Shown here piece by piece: positions 50,553 to 59,861 of a stretch of 64,000 nt of DNA. Made by a program: the position numbers and the translations under genes. The stretch is from Candidatus Cloacimonadales bacterium (GTDB taxonomy: Bacteria; Cloacimonadota; Cloacimonadia; Cloacimonadales; JAFGVF01). Numbering within the stretch: the stretch's first letter is position 1; each line of letters begins with the position of its first letter. Location: assembly GCA_963667035.1 (NCBI GenBank), contig OY762964.1:2336001-2400000 (forward strand), read 5' to 3'. Under the pieces are notes generated by a model. It worked only from the letters and a program-made list of their open reading frames with translations. It did not search any database and was not told the origin of the DNA.

Positions 50553-52862
50553 ATGGAAAAGTATAATATCAAAAATGATGAGCTTGATTCAAGAAATGAA
50601 GAAGGCTTTGAACATGAATTCAATTTGTTCGATTATTTGAGGATTGCTCTTCAATACAGATTTTTAATTATTGGTGTATTCATTCTAGTTGTTGTTGCCA
50701 ACATCTTGTATACAAACAGACAAGCAAAAGTATACCAAGCAAATGGGACAATATTACTTGAAGAAAGATCTAGCGATGATTTCTTTATTATGACTCCAAC
50801 AAGCACATCCAGAAAGTCCATCAATAATAACATCGTTATTTTGAAAAGTAAACCAGTAGCGGCCTTAGCATATCAAATTTTATTAAAGCATCCACAGTCT
50901 GATAAACTACCTATAACTAAACTATCTCACCCTATAAGTGCAATTCAAACAATATCAGCTTCGGCAATTAAGGATTCTGATGTCCTTTCTTTAAGCTATA
51001 ACTCTATTTCACCCTTAGAAGCTATGGTAGTAGTAAACTCTGTAGCGGAAGCTCTTTACAAGCAAAACACTCAATATGCAAGAAGAGAGTTAACAAATAT
51101 CAGACAGTTCCTTGAGAATCAGTTAGACACAATTACAAGACGACTCCAGACTTCAGAAGAAGAGCTAAGAGCATATAAAATTGAGTATGGTCTTGTAAGC
51201 TTAGCTGAAGAAACTGAGCAGATGATTGAAAAAACTTCGGATATTAAAGTAAGATTAGAAAATGCTGAAACAGATTTACAAGTAAAAATAAAAGAATTAG
51301 AATATCAGAAATCACAGTTAACGGAACAAGATTCTTTACTAATCAATGTCAATTATGTCCTAACTGCTCCGTATATTTCTGAGTTACAGAAAAGTGTACT
51401 TGAAACTCAAGCACTGATTACTAATTTAGTTACCAAAAATGATTACAAACCTAGCCACCCTCAAATTATCCAACTAAACTCTGAGTTACAAAAAGCAAAG
51501 GAATCTTTGAAAAAAGAGATTTCCAATCTTGTTGGTGTTAGAGAAGGTATGACAGACCCTCTTGGCTATAGAGCTGAGCTAGTAGAGAGAATTGCTACAA
51601 ATCAAGTATTAAAGCAATTAGCTCAAGCAGAAGTTGACGGTTTAAGAACAATAGTTGAAAAATATGACCAAAGATTAACAACAATTCCTGATAAAGAACT
51701 TGAATTAGCTCGCCTTACTCGTAACAAAGTCTTGGATGAAAAGATTTACAGTATGATGGTCGAAAAGTATGAAGATGCAAAAGTTGCTGAGCAGGCTAAA
51801 ATAGGTAATATCAGGATTATTCAGGAAGCAGAACTGCCTACAGTTCCTATTAAACCGAACAAGAAAAGAAGCTTCTTAATTGGTATAGTTATGGGATTGG
51901 GTGCTGGATTTGGTCTGGCATTTCTAATTCATGCTATGGACACTAAGTTAAAAACTGTTGAAGACATTTACAATCATGTCAGATTACCTATTTTTGGAAC
52001 AATACCAATGATTCATGAGTCTGAAACTCAACTCACAGAAATGACAAAAATGATTGAAAATGCTCAAGGAGAAAACAAAAAGCAACTACAAAAAAATCTT
52101 GCATATGTTAGTGGGAATCTGATAGCCCATTATTCACCCAAGTCTCCTGTTGCAGAATCTTACAGAACTCTAAGAACCAACATTATTTCTAAGAAGAAGA
52201 GCAGTGGTTCACTTGCTCTTCTTGTTACAAGTTCAGGTCCCAAAGAGGGGAAATCCACGACAGCTTCAAATCTAGCTATCACTTTTGCAAGTATGAACAC
52301 TAAGGTATGTTTACTTGACCTTGATTTAAGACGACCAACAGTTCATACAAAATTTGATTTGAAGAAAGAAGTTGGCGTTAGCGATATGCTTATTGAAGAT
52401 GATTATGATTTAAGCAAATATGTGAAGAAAACAGATGTTAATAATCTTGATGTATTCACTAGTGGTTTCATTCCACCTAACCCTGCGGAGTTGATATCTT
52501 CTAATAACATGGATAAACTGCTTGCTGTTTTAAGAGAAAACTATGATTATATTGTTTTCGATACTCCACCTGTTGTGGCAGTTACGGATGCAATGATTCT
52601 AGCTAAGAAAGTTGATATGAAGATAATTGTGATTAGAATCGGTAAAACAGAAAAGCAGGTTTTCCAAAGAACTAAAGAATTATTTAGAAATGTAGACGAA
52701 GCTATAAATGGCGTCGTTGTTAATGGTATTTACACACAAAAATACTATTCAAAATATAAACAGAATTATTATTACTATTATTATTATTATTACTACTATG
52801 GTGAACAGGCCCCTAATAAACATAAAAAGAAAGGTCTCAATAAATTCTTACGCAAAAATTAA
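50553..52862 (+). CDS. wzc: Polysaccharide co-polymerase / BY tyrosine autokinase (Wzc family)
   Basis: Two TM segments, coiled coil, ESYRTLRTN, Walker A GPKEGKS, DLDLRRP, FDTPP, C-terminal Tyr cluster. Confidence 0.93.
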   Translation: MEKYNIKNDELDSRNEEGFEHEFNLFDYLRIALQYRFLIIGVFILVVVANILYTNRQAKVYQANGTILLEERSSDDFFIMTPTSTSRKSINNNIVILKSKPVAALAYQILLKHPQSDKLPITKLSHPISAIQTISASAIKDSDVLSLSYNSISPLEAMVVVNSVAEALYKQNTQYARRELTNIRQFLENQLDTITRRLQTSEEELRAYKIEYGLVSLAEETEQMIEKTSDIKVRLENAETDLQVKIKELEYQKSQLTEQDSLLINVNYVLTAPYISELQKSVLETQALITNLVTKNDYKPSHPQIIQLNSELQKAKESLKKEISNLVGVREGMTDPLGYRAELVERIATNQVLKQLAQAEVDGLRTIVEKYDQRLTTIPDKELELARLTRNKVLDEKIYSMMVEKYEDAKVAEQAKIGNIRIIQEAELPTVPIKPNKKRSFLIGIVMGLGAGFGLAFLIHAMDTKLKTVEDIYNHVRLPIFGTIPMIHESETQLTEMTKMIENAQGENKKQLQKNLAYVSGNLIAHYSPKSPVAESYRTLRTNIISKKKSSGSLALLVTSSGPKEGKSTTASNLAITFASMNTKVCLLDLDLRRPTVHTKFDLKKEVGVSDMLIEDDYDLSKYVKKTDVNNLDVFTSGFIPPNPAELISSNNMDKLLAVLRENYDYIVFDTPPVVAVTDAMILAKKVDMKIIVIRIGKTEKQVFQRTKELFRNVDEAINGVVVNGIYTQKYYSKYKQNYYYYYYYYYYYGEQAPNKHKKKGLNKFLRKN
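52767..52799 (+). repeat. (TAY)11 trinucleotide tract encoding 11 consecutive tyrosines
   Basis: TAT TAT TAC TAT TAT TAT TAT TAT TAC TAC TAT. Confidence 0.95.
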
Positions 52863-53658
52863 TCTTATACTGAAAGTTGTCGGGAAATTTCCCGACAACT
52901 TTCATATTATTGAGACAATTTTCTCTCGAATTGACCTTGCTGACAAGCTAACTTTTCAATTGACAGAAAAGGGTAACGTAAATGTTTTGACAAACATAGG
53001 TTATCTTAATGGAAAACGTAACATCGTATACACAATTGCGTCTTATTTGAAGAATAGATTTCATATTGCTAGCGGTGTTGATATATATATTGAGAAATGC
53101 ATACCAATTGCTGCTGGATTAGCTGGTGGAAGTAGTAATGCAGCAGTAGCCCTTAAAGTTCTGAATGAGATGTGGAAAATAAATCTATCCAATAATGAAC
53201 TTCATAAAGTTGCTTCAAAATTCGGTAGTGACCTGAACTTTTTCATTGATGATTTTGACACAGCAATTGGAACTGGTAGAGGAGAAACTATTAGAAAAAT
53301 TGATAGTTTTAAATGTTCAAACATACTCCTTGTTAATCCTGGTATTGAGATATCAGCAAAAGAAGGATATGAGTTACGGAAAGGAGAATACTCTCAATCC
53401 GGACTAGATTTTGATTTACATGATTACAGGTATTTCAAAAATGATTTAGAAGATGGTATTGCTAATAGATATCATAAAATAAAAGATGTTATTTCAGATT
53501 TAAGCAATCTGGGTGCTGTTAAAGCAATGATGAGTGGAAGTGGAGCTACTTGCTTTGGAATCTTCAATGATTCTGATCACATGCACATAGCTTCAGAATG
53601 GTTTATCGATAATTATGGTTATTGGACCTACAAAGCAAAAACATTAAATGGTGCGTAA
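52798..53658 (+). CDS. ispE: 4-diphosphocytidyl-2-C-methyl-D-erythritol kinase (start uncertain; overlaps wzc)
   Basis: AKINL, KCIPIAAGLAGGSSNAA, GSDLNFF, GRGE, NDLE, MSGSGATCFG. Confidence 0.95.
   Translation: MVNRPLINIKRKVSINSYAKINLILKVVGKFPDNFHIIETIFSRIDLADKLTFQLTEKGNVNVLTNIGYLNGKRNIVYTIASYLKNRFHIASGVDIYIEKCIPIAAGLAGGSSNAAVALKVLNEMWKINLSNNELHKVASKFGSDLNFFIDDFDTAIGTGRGETIRKIDSFKCSNILLVNPGIEISAKEGYELRKGEYSQSGLDFDLHDYRYFKNDLEDGIANRYHKIKDVISDLSNLGAVKAMMSGSGATCFGIFNDSDHMHIASEWFIDNYGYWTYKAKTLNGA
52871..52904. repeat. Perfect 34-bp palindrome inside ispE
   Basis: TGAAAGTTGTCGGGAAATTTCCCGACAACTTTCA equals its own reverse complement. Confidence 0.97.
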
Positions 53659-54605
53659 TGTATTCGAGAATGAAATTGATTGCCGGCAATGCTAATATGA
53701 AGCTTGCAAAAGAAGTATCCGAGTTTTCAGGTGTACCCTTAACTAAAGTAGATTTGTTTAAATTCTCTAATGATGAATCCTTTGTTAAAATTCGAGATAA
53801 TGTAAGAGGTGCTGATGTTTTTATTATTCAGCCTACATGTTCTCCTGTAAATGACAATTTAATGGAATTGCTTATAATTATAGATGCACTTAGAAGAGCT
53901 TCTGCAAATAGAATTACTTGTGTTATGCCTTATTTTGCTTATGCACGATCAGATAAGAAAGATCAACCGAGAGTCCCCATTACTGCTAAATTGGTAGCTG
54001 ATTTGATTACTGTAGCAGGAGCAAGCAGAATTGCAACGATGGATCTTCATGCAGATCAGATTCAAGGATTTTTCAACATTCCGGTGGACCATCTTATGTC
54101 TGCACCTTTATTTGCTCGCTATTTTAAACATCAATTCAACTCTGATGAGTTAGTTGTAGTATCTCCGGATTCAGGTGGTGCCAATAGAGCTCGCTCATTT
54201 GCTGAGAGACTAGAATGCAATTTGGCAATTGGAGACAAAAGAAGAACCGGAAATGATGACAATGCTCAACTTCAAAATATAATTGGTGATGTTGAAGGTA
54301 AAATAGCAATCTTATTTGATGATATAATTGATACCGGAGGAAGCATGTGCAAAGTAGCCGCTGCAGTTAAAGCAAAAGGAGCTAAGAAAGTATTTGCAGC
54401 ATGTGCTCACGGCGTATTATCTGGTAAGGCAATAGAAAATCTGGAAAACTCTCCAATTGATAAACTATATATAACAAATTCTATCCCCTTAACTCCTGAA
54501 AAGGAAAAGTGTAATAAAATAGTCCAATTGTCTATTGCCGAGATGCTTGCAATGGCAATCAAGAAAATCCATATTGAGGAATCCCTCAGTATATTATTTA
54601 GATAA
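53658..54605 (+). CDS. prs: Ribose-phosphate pyrophosphokinase
   Basis: NDNLMELL, PYFAYARSDKK, DLHADQIQGFF, DDIIDTGGS. TAATG overlap with ispE. Confidence 0.98.
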   Translation: MYSRMKLIAGNANMKLAKEVSEFSGVPLTKVDLFKFSNDESFVKIRDNVRGADVFIIQPTCSPVNDNLMELLIIIDALRRASANRITCVMPYFAYARSDKKDQPRVPITAKLVADLITVAGASRIATMDLHADQIQGFFNIPVDHLMSAPLFARYFKHQFNSDELVVVSPDSGGANRARSFAERLECNLAIGDKRRTGNDDNAQLQNIIGDVEGKIAILFDDIIDTGGSMCKVAAAVKAKGAKKVFAACAHGVLSGKAIENLENSPIDKLYITNSIPLTPEKEKCNKIVQLSIAEMLAMAIKKIHIEESLSILFR

Positions 54606-54623
54606 CAAAATGGAGGAAATCAT

Positions 54624-55226
54624 ATGATTCTCAAAATCAATGCCGAACTGCGTACTATTTCCAACAAGAAATCTGTTGCGAAAGAAATACGAAAAAGCGG
54701 GTACATTCCTGCTGTTATTTACGGTGGTGGAGAAGAAGCAAAGCATGTAACTCTTGAAAAATTAAGCTTTATGAAAAGCTATAAAAAAAGTATTGGAGAT
54801 ACTGCTCTATTCTACATTACTGTTGATGGTAAGGAAATCCACACTATCATTAAGTCCCGTCAGATGCATCCTGTTACAAGAGAGATTATTCATGTAGACT
54901 TCTTGGAGTTGCACCCCGGCAAAGCTATATCTATCGAAGTTCCAATTAGCTTTGAAGGTGAAGCAACAGGTGAAGCTGTTGGTGGAAAACTTGATGTACT
55001 CATGAGAAAAATAACAGCTCATTGTTTACCTAAAGACATTCCTGAAGCTATTACTGTTGATGTAACACCTCTAAATATCGGCGATTCAATCCACGTTGCA
55101 GATATTAAGATTGATAATGTTAGATTCGAATTAGCTGATGATGTTGCTTTAGTTGTAGTACATGCTCCAAAGAATGCAGAAACTGAAGATAGTTCTGAAG
55201 AAGAAGAGACAGAAGCTACCGAATAG
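54624..55226 (+). CDS. rplY: 50S ribosomal protein L25 / Ctc
   Basis: IPAVIYG, QMHPV..IIHVDF, LNIGDSIHVAD. Confidence 0.97.
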   Translation: MILKINAELRTISNKKSVAKEIRKSGYIPAVIYGGGEEAKHVTLEKLSFMKSYKKSIGDTALFYITVDGKEIHTIIKSRQMHPVTREIIHVDFLELHPGKAISIEVPISFEGEATGEAVGGKLDVLMRKITAHCLPKDIPEAITVDVTPLNIGDSIHVADIKIDNVRFELADDVALVVVHAPKNAETEDSSEEEETEATE

Positions 55227-55256
55227 CTTCAACCAAGTAGTGGGATAGAGTGATAA

Positions 55257-55856
55257 ATGAAGCTGATTATTTGTCTTGGTAATATTGGTTTGAAATACAA
55301 GAAAACAAGACACAATGCCGGTTTCATAATAGCCGATAAGTTTGCTGAAAAACATTCCTTGAAGTTTAAAAGGAAGCCTAAATATGAGTTTATTGAGTTC
55401 CAGAATTGCCTGATTGTGAAACCTAAAACTTATATGAATCTGAGTGGTGATGCATTAACCTCAATTAAAACTTCTTACAATATAGAAGAGTTTATGGTTA
55501 TTGTAGATGACATCAATTTACCATTAGGAGATATTAGGATTCGTCAGAAAGGTTCTGCCGGTGGACATAACGGTTTGAAATCAATTCAGGCGTCTTATGG
55601 TTCAATGGATTATCCTAGAATCAGAGTTGGAATTAATAGTCCAACTTCAGAATTAAAGAAATATGTTCTGGATAAGTTCTCAAAATCTGAACTGGAGCAT
55701 ATTCTAAAGGTTAGCTCGATAGTAACTGAACTACTGGAAATATATATTAGAGAAGACTATCAAGCTATGGTAGATTATTATAGTAGAAACAAACTAGCCT
55801 ATTCCGATACCCAAACGTCGGGATCAATAAGTCCAAAGGAGGATTTTAATGAATAA
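55257..55856 (+). CDS. pth: Peptidyl-tRNA hydrolase
   Basis: LGN.G..Y..TRHNAGF, KPKTYMNLSG, GSAGGHNGLKSI. Confidence 0.97.
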   Translation: MKLIICLGNIGLKYKKTRHNAGFIIADKFAEKHSLKFKRKPKYEFIEFQNCLIVKPKTYMNLSGDALTSIKTSYNIEEFMVIVDDINLPLGDIRIRQKGSAGGHNGLKSIQASYGSMDYPRIRVGINSPTSELKKYVLDKFSKSELEHILKVSSIVTELLEIYIREDYQAMVDYYSRNKLAYSDTQTSGSISPKEDFNE

Positions 55857-56139
55857 GTATGAAAGCATGCTTATAGTTGATGGTGCACTCTCAAAGGATG
55901 ATGCACAAGCAGTTAATCAAACGATTACTGAATTCATCACTTCTAATGGTGGTGAAATCCTTGAAACTCTTGATTGGGGTAAAAGACAACTTGCCTATGA
56001 AATCGAGAAAAAGAATCAGGGATATTATTATATCAATACATTCTTATTAGCCACTGATAAGATTCCTGAATTAGAACGTAATTACAAACTCAAAGAACAG
56101 ATTATCAGATTCAACATCATAGTACTTGAAAATAACTAA
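55849..56139 (+). CDS. rpsF: 30S ribosomal protein S6
   Basis: YE.MLI, WGKRQLAYEI.K...GYY. Confidence 0.97.
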   Translation: MNKYESMLIVDGALSKDDAQAVNQTITEFITSNGGEILETLDWGKRQLAYEIEKKNQGYYYINTFLLATDKIPELERNYKLKEQIIRFNIIVLENN

Positions 56140-56148
56140 GGAGGAGTC

Positions 56149-56586
56149 ATGGCAATGGATCTTAAATTCCCTCGCATAAACAAAGTGATGATTTCAGGTC
56201 ATCTTACACGTGACGTGGAACTAAGATATACTCCTAGTGGTACACCGGTCGCTCGTATCTCAATAGCTTTTAATCGCGTATGGCGTGATGCTGCTTCCGG
56301 AGAATGGAGAGAACAGGCTCATTTCATAGATGTTGTTGCTTGGTCAAAGCTCGCTGAAAGATGCGATGGACTAGGTAAAGGTTACCCTATTATAGTTGAG
56401 GGTAGAATCGAAACAAGAACTTATACAGATAAGAATAACCAAAGTCGTAAGAATGTTGAGATTGTTGCTGATAGTATTCAATTTTTGAAAGCAAATCAAC
56501 GACCTGAGAATAGTAATTCTACACCTCAGGAACCGGAATACAACAATAGCAACTCTCAGATTACTGATGATGATGTTCCATTTTAA
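56149..56586 (+). CDS. ssb: Single-stranded DNA-binding protein
   Basis: NKVMISGHLTRDVELRYTPSG, C-terminal DDDVPF. Confidence 0.98.
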   Translation: MAMDLKFPRINKVMISGHLTRDVELRYTPSGTPVARISIAFNRVWRDAASGEWREQAHFIDVVAWSKLAERCDGLGKGYPIIVEGRIETRTYTDKNNQSRKNVEIVADSIQFLKANQRPENSNSTPQEPEYNNSNSQITDDDVPF

Positions 56587-56604
56587 TAAATACAGGAGTT
56601 AATA

Positions 56605-56841
56605 ATGGCTTATATAAAAAGAAGAAAACGTTTTACACGCAAAAAAGTATGTCAATTCTGCAAGGACCCGGAACTTAAATTAGATTATAAGAATTTCGAA
56701 ATGTTACGCAGATACGTGAATGAAGTTGGTAAAATCGAACCGGCACGTTTAACAGGTACTTGTGCAAAGCATCAGCGCAAATTAGCCAGTGAAATCAAGC
56801 GTGCACGTCAGATGGCTTTAATCCCTTACATTATTGACTAA
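56605..56841 (+). CDS. rpsR: 30S ribosomal protein S18 (Cys-containing form)
   Basis: KKVCQFC, DYKN, TGTCAKHQR..IKRAR. Confidence 0.98.
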   Translation: MAYIKRRKRFTRKKVCQFCKDPELKLDYKNFEMLRRYVNEVGKIEPARLTGTCAKHQRKLASEIKRARQMALIPYIID

Positions 56842-56846
56842 TTAAG

Positions 56847-57728
56847 GTGATTCTGTCAGCCGTGTTGGCTGCAATTCTTGCAGCTGTTTCACCCTTTTTG
56901 GGCTTGATCTTTCTCATAGGTATTGGCGGTAGATATGCAATTAAAAGCTATCGCCAAATATATGTGTATTTAGCATTGTTCAGCTTTGCTACAGCAGGAA
57001 TAAGCTTTCTGCTCGCAAACGGGAATAGAATGGCTATTGCTTCTGTTTCTGATTCTGTTTTAGGAATTGGGATAGGAGCTCTAATCCTTTTTGTTTCATT
57101 ATTGAAATTCAAGAGATTTGAGTATGCTATTCTTCTCTTTGGAGTTTATTCGCTATTATATTCGGTATTCAGACAAGTATTTCTTATGGATGTACTGATT
57201 ACATCCATGAATGATTCAGCTTTAATCATTAAGGATTACATTATGAATAGTGGTATTAGTGAATCCGATTTTGATATGATGTTACAAGCAATGATTACAT
57301 CATATAAGACTTTTAACCCGTCAATCTGGACTTGTTCAGCAATTATTGCTACATATTTAGGATCCGTTGCTCTATCAAAGTCAAGGGTAATATATTGGAA
57401 TCATAAGCTTATAAAAATGCCTTATGCAACCATCTACTTACTTTTACTGGCATTAGTAGCATTTTTAGTAATACCGGATAAAATATACGCAATGAATCTA
57501 CTCTTGGTGCTAACTCCGATTTACTTGATTCAAGGAATAGCAATTCTTGATTTTTATTGGGGTAAGTTTCTTGCTAAGACAGCAATTTTAAGGTTCATTT
57601 TAATAATCGCTCTTCTGCTGAATCCATATATGTTAATTGTTATAACATTTACCGGACTCTTTGATGTCTGGTTCAATTTCAGAAAAATATATACTAAGGA
57701 GGACTTAGATGAAAATCATCTTAGTTAA
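56847..57728 (+). CDS. DUF2232/YybS-family membrane protein
   Basis: Multi-TM, QGIA, GLFDVWFNFRK motif; typical position between rpsR and rplI. Confidence 0.85.
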   Translation: MILSAVLAAILAAVSPFLGLIFLIGIGGRYAIKSYRQIYVYLALFSFATAGISFLLANGNRMAIASVSDSVLGIGIGALILFVSLLKFKRFEYAILLFGVYSLLYSVFRQVFLMDVLITSMNDSALIIKDYIMNSGISESDFDMMLQAMITSYKTFNPSIWTCSAIIATYLGSVALSKSRVIYWNHKLIKMPYATIYLLLLALVAFLVIPDKIYAMNLLLVLTPIYLIQGIAILDFYWGKFLAKTAILRFILIIALLLNPYMLIVITFTGLFDVWFNFRKIYTKEDLDENHLS

Positions 57729-58158
57729 AGATATACACAGACTTGGTAATGCCGGTGCGGTTGTAGAAGTTAAAAACGGATACGCCAGAAACTATTTATT
57801 ACCCCAAGGATTAGCTATTCTTGCTACTCCTGGAAACTTAAAGAAAATCGAAAAGATTGAGGCTGACGCTGCAAATCTTAGAGAAAAAGAAGTTCTTGCA
57901 ATGAAAGAAATTGCAAATAAACTTGATGGTATGGAGCTTACCTTTGATAGAAAAGTTGATGAAAATGGTCACCTTTACGGCTCAGTTTCTGAATTTGATA
58001 TCATTCAAGCCCTTAAAGAAAAAGATATTGACATCAATAAAAACAATCTGACTCTTGAGAAGCATATTAAAGAATTAGGTTCACAGGAGATTGTTGTGGA
58101 GATGAATAACGAAATCAAAGCTAATATTACTGTGACTGTTCAAGCCGAAGAGGAATAG
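57709..58158 (+). CDS. rplI: 50S ribosomal protein L9
   Basis: LG..G.VVEVKNGYARNYLLPQGLA, LYGSV, IKELG. Confidence 0.98.
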   Translation: MKIILVKDIHRLGNAGAVVEVKNGYARNYLLPQGLAILATPGNLKKIEKIEADAANLREKEVLAMKEIANKLDGMELTFDRKVDENGHLYGSVSEFDIIQALKEKDIDINKNNLTLEKHIKELGSQEIVVEMNNEIKANITVTVQAEEE

Positions 58159-58203
58159 CATAATTTCTTTAATCATTGGAAATTAATAAACCCGGAGGTT
58201 TTA

Positions 58204-59565
58204 ATGAATATAAAACAGATTATTATGTGGCTTGCCATAATTTTAGTCTTTGCTTTCTCATTTGGGAGTATGACTACCGGTTACAAAGATATTAATGTTT
58301 CCGGGAGCGATTCTTACAATGTTGCTTTTGATAGCTATACCGATTCTTATGATGGTATTGTCTACAAAGGTAGATTTTATAAGAATAATGCTTCAGACAA
58401 ACCCACAAATGCAGAAATGGACGGCTCACAAGTTGCTGTTAATAAACTTTTCTCAAAAGTTCTTATCAGTAAAGATGGAGTTAACGCCCTGCAGACTGAA
58501 GATATGTTCTGGCATAATAATGATTGGTTCATGCTGAATTACACTGCTTTAGTTAATGGCGGAAAGGTAACCAATCATAATGGTGAACTTTCAAAAGTCT
58601 TATCAGATCTTCAGGCATTAAATCCTGATCAGATGAAAGCTAAATTGGCAGGTAAAAGAACCGGGAAGTTTTTCGTTTGGCTTGTAATTTTTGCAGCTAT
58701 TTTCGCACTTGCTTTCTATTCTGTAAAGTCTCAGAAACATGAGCTTAAGAAAACTAATCCAACTGTATTCATGATTCAGAGATTTGCTGCAATAATCATT
58801 CTCTTTGTGATTCTTGCTGCTATTGGTGTTGTAACAGATAGCCCGGGCAAAGGTGTAGCAATGTATGCTGTTTTCTTTGCAATAGTGTTTGCTTTATTCT
58901 TCCTTTCCACTAAGCTTAGTGGCGGAAAGGACAAAGCTCCTAATAAAACAATGTTCATGGTCGGTAATGTTTTGATTAACGTTCTGCTTTTCATTGTTAT
59001 GGTTTGTCTGGTACTTGTAACTGATAATCCGAAGTCTATGTTCGGACTATACTTTATCTTCTTCCTCATTGTTTTCGGTGGCATATTTGCTTCTCTTATA
59101 ATGAAACACAAAAGAGGTAATGAAGATAGTAGTATTAGAGTCTGGTTAATAAGAGCTATTGGTGCTGTTGCGCTGTTTGCTGCTGTTTATATGCCTGCAT
59201 ACACTCTCCAAAAAGTCAACTTTAGTGAAAAGCTTGCCGAAATATCAGGTGGAGCCTTAACAGTTGTCACCTTACTTACTGCAATTGTTGTCGCTATTGG
59301 TGCTGTTGCTGTTGTTATGATTAACCTTTCTAAAGGTATCAGACATCAACTCGGCGGAGAAGAGAACTCAGAGCCAAAGACTCCCAACAAAGCACTCGGT
59401 TATGTTGGTTACCTTATCCTGATAGTTATCTCTTGTCTACCTGCTATTGCAATTAAACCTTACGACGCAACTTCCAATACTCTTGGAACTGTTTATTTCG
59501 TAGCGGTAACAATTGCAATTCTCAGTTGGTTGGGAATTTCTCTCATCACAACAAAGAAAAGATAG
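58204..59565 (+). CDS. Hypothetical polytopic membrane protein with N-terminal extracytoplasmic domain
   Basis: GGAGG SD, signal-like N-terminus, roughly 9 hydrophobic segments, no family recognised. Confidence 0.75.
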   Translation: MNIKQIIMWLAIILVFAFSFGSMTTGYKDINVSGSDSYNVAFDSYTDSYDGIVYKGRFYKNNASDKPTNAEMDGSQVAVNKLFSKVLISKDGVNALQTEDMFWHNNDWFMLNYTALVNGGKVTNHNGELSKVLSDLQALNPDQMKAKLAGKRTGKFFVWLVIFAAIFALAFYSVKSQKHELKKTNPTVFMIQRFAAIIILFVILAAIGVVTDSPGKGVAMYAVFFAIVFALFFLSTKLSGGKDKAPNKTMFMVGNVLINVLLFIVMVCLVLVTDNPKSMFGLYFIFFLIVFGGIFASLIMKHKRGNEDSSIRVWLIRAIGAVALFAAVYMPAYTLQKVNFSEKLAEISGGALTVVTLLTAIVVAIGAVAVVMINLSKGIRHQLGGEENSEPKTPNKALGYVGYLILIVISCLPAIAIKPYDATSNTLGTVYFVAVTIAILSWLGISLITTKKR

Positions 59566-59570
59566 ATTCT

Positions 59571-59861
59571 ATGTCCTGGCATAACGCCGGTAGAAGTGTA
59601 AAAAGTCTACTGTTACGAATTGCCGGTGACAGATATAAAGATCTTGTATTATTCGCTCTGTCATGGGATCGAGTTGTTGGCTCAACCTTGGCAGAGCGTT
59701 CTTTTATTGAACGTTTCCATAACCACATCCTCTATGTTGGGGTTACCAACAGTATTTGGTTACAGGAATTATACTTGAATAAGCATATGATCCTTGATAG
59801 ACTTAATCGGGAGCATAATAACAAAATCAATGATATAGTATTTTTTATAAAGAGTGAGTAA
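59571..59861 (+). CDS. DUF721/DciA-family protein
   Basis: WDRVVG..LA, LYVGVTNSIWLQEL...K..IL.RLN. Confidence 0.85.
   Translation: MSWHNAGRSVKSLLLRIAGDRYKDLVLFALSWDRVVGSTLAERSFIERFHNHILYVGVTNSIWLQELYLNKHMILDRLNREHNNKINDIVFFIKSE

Noticed and set aside
52708..52797. Long N-terminal extension of IspE
   Set aside because: It is the shifted-frame reading of the TAY tract (poly-Ile/Thr). The ATG at 52798 fits typical IspE length better.
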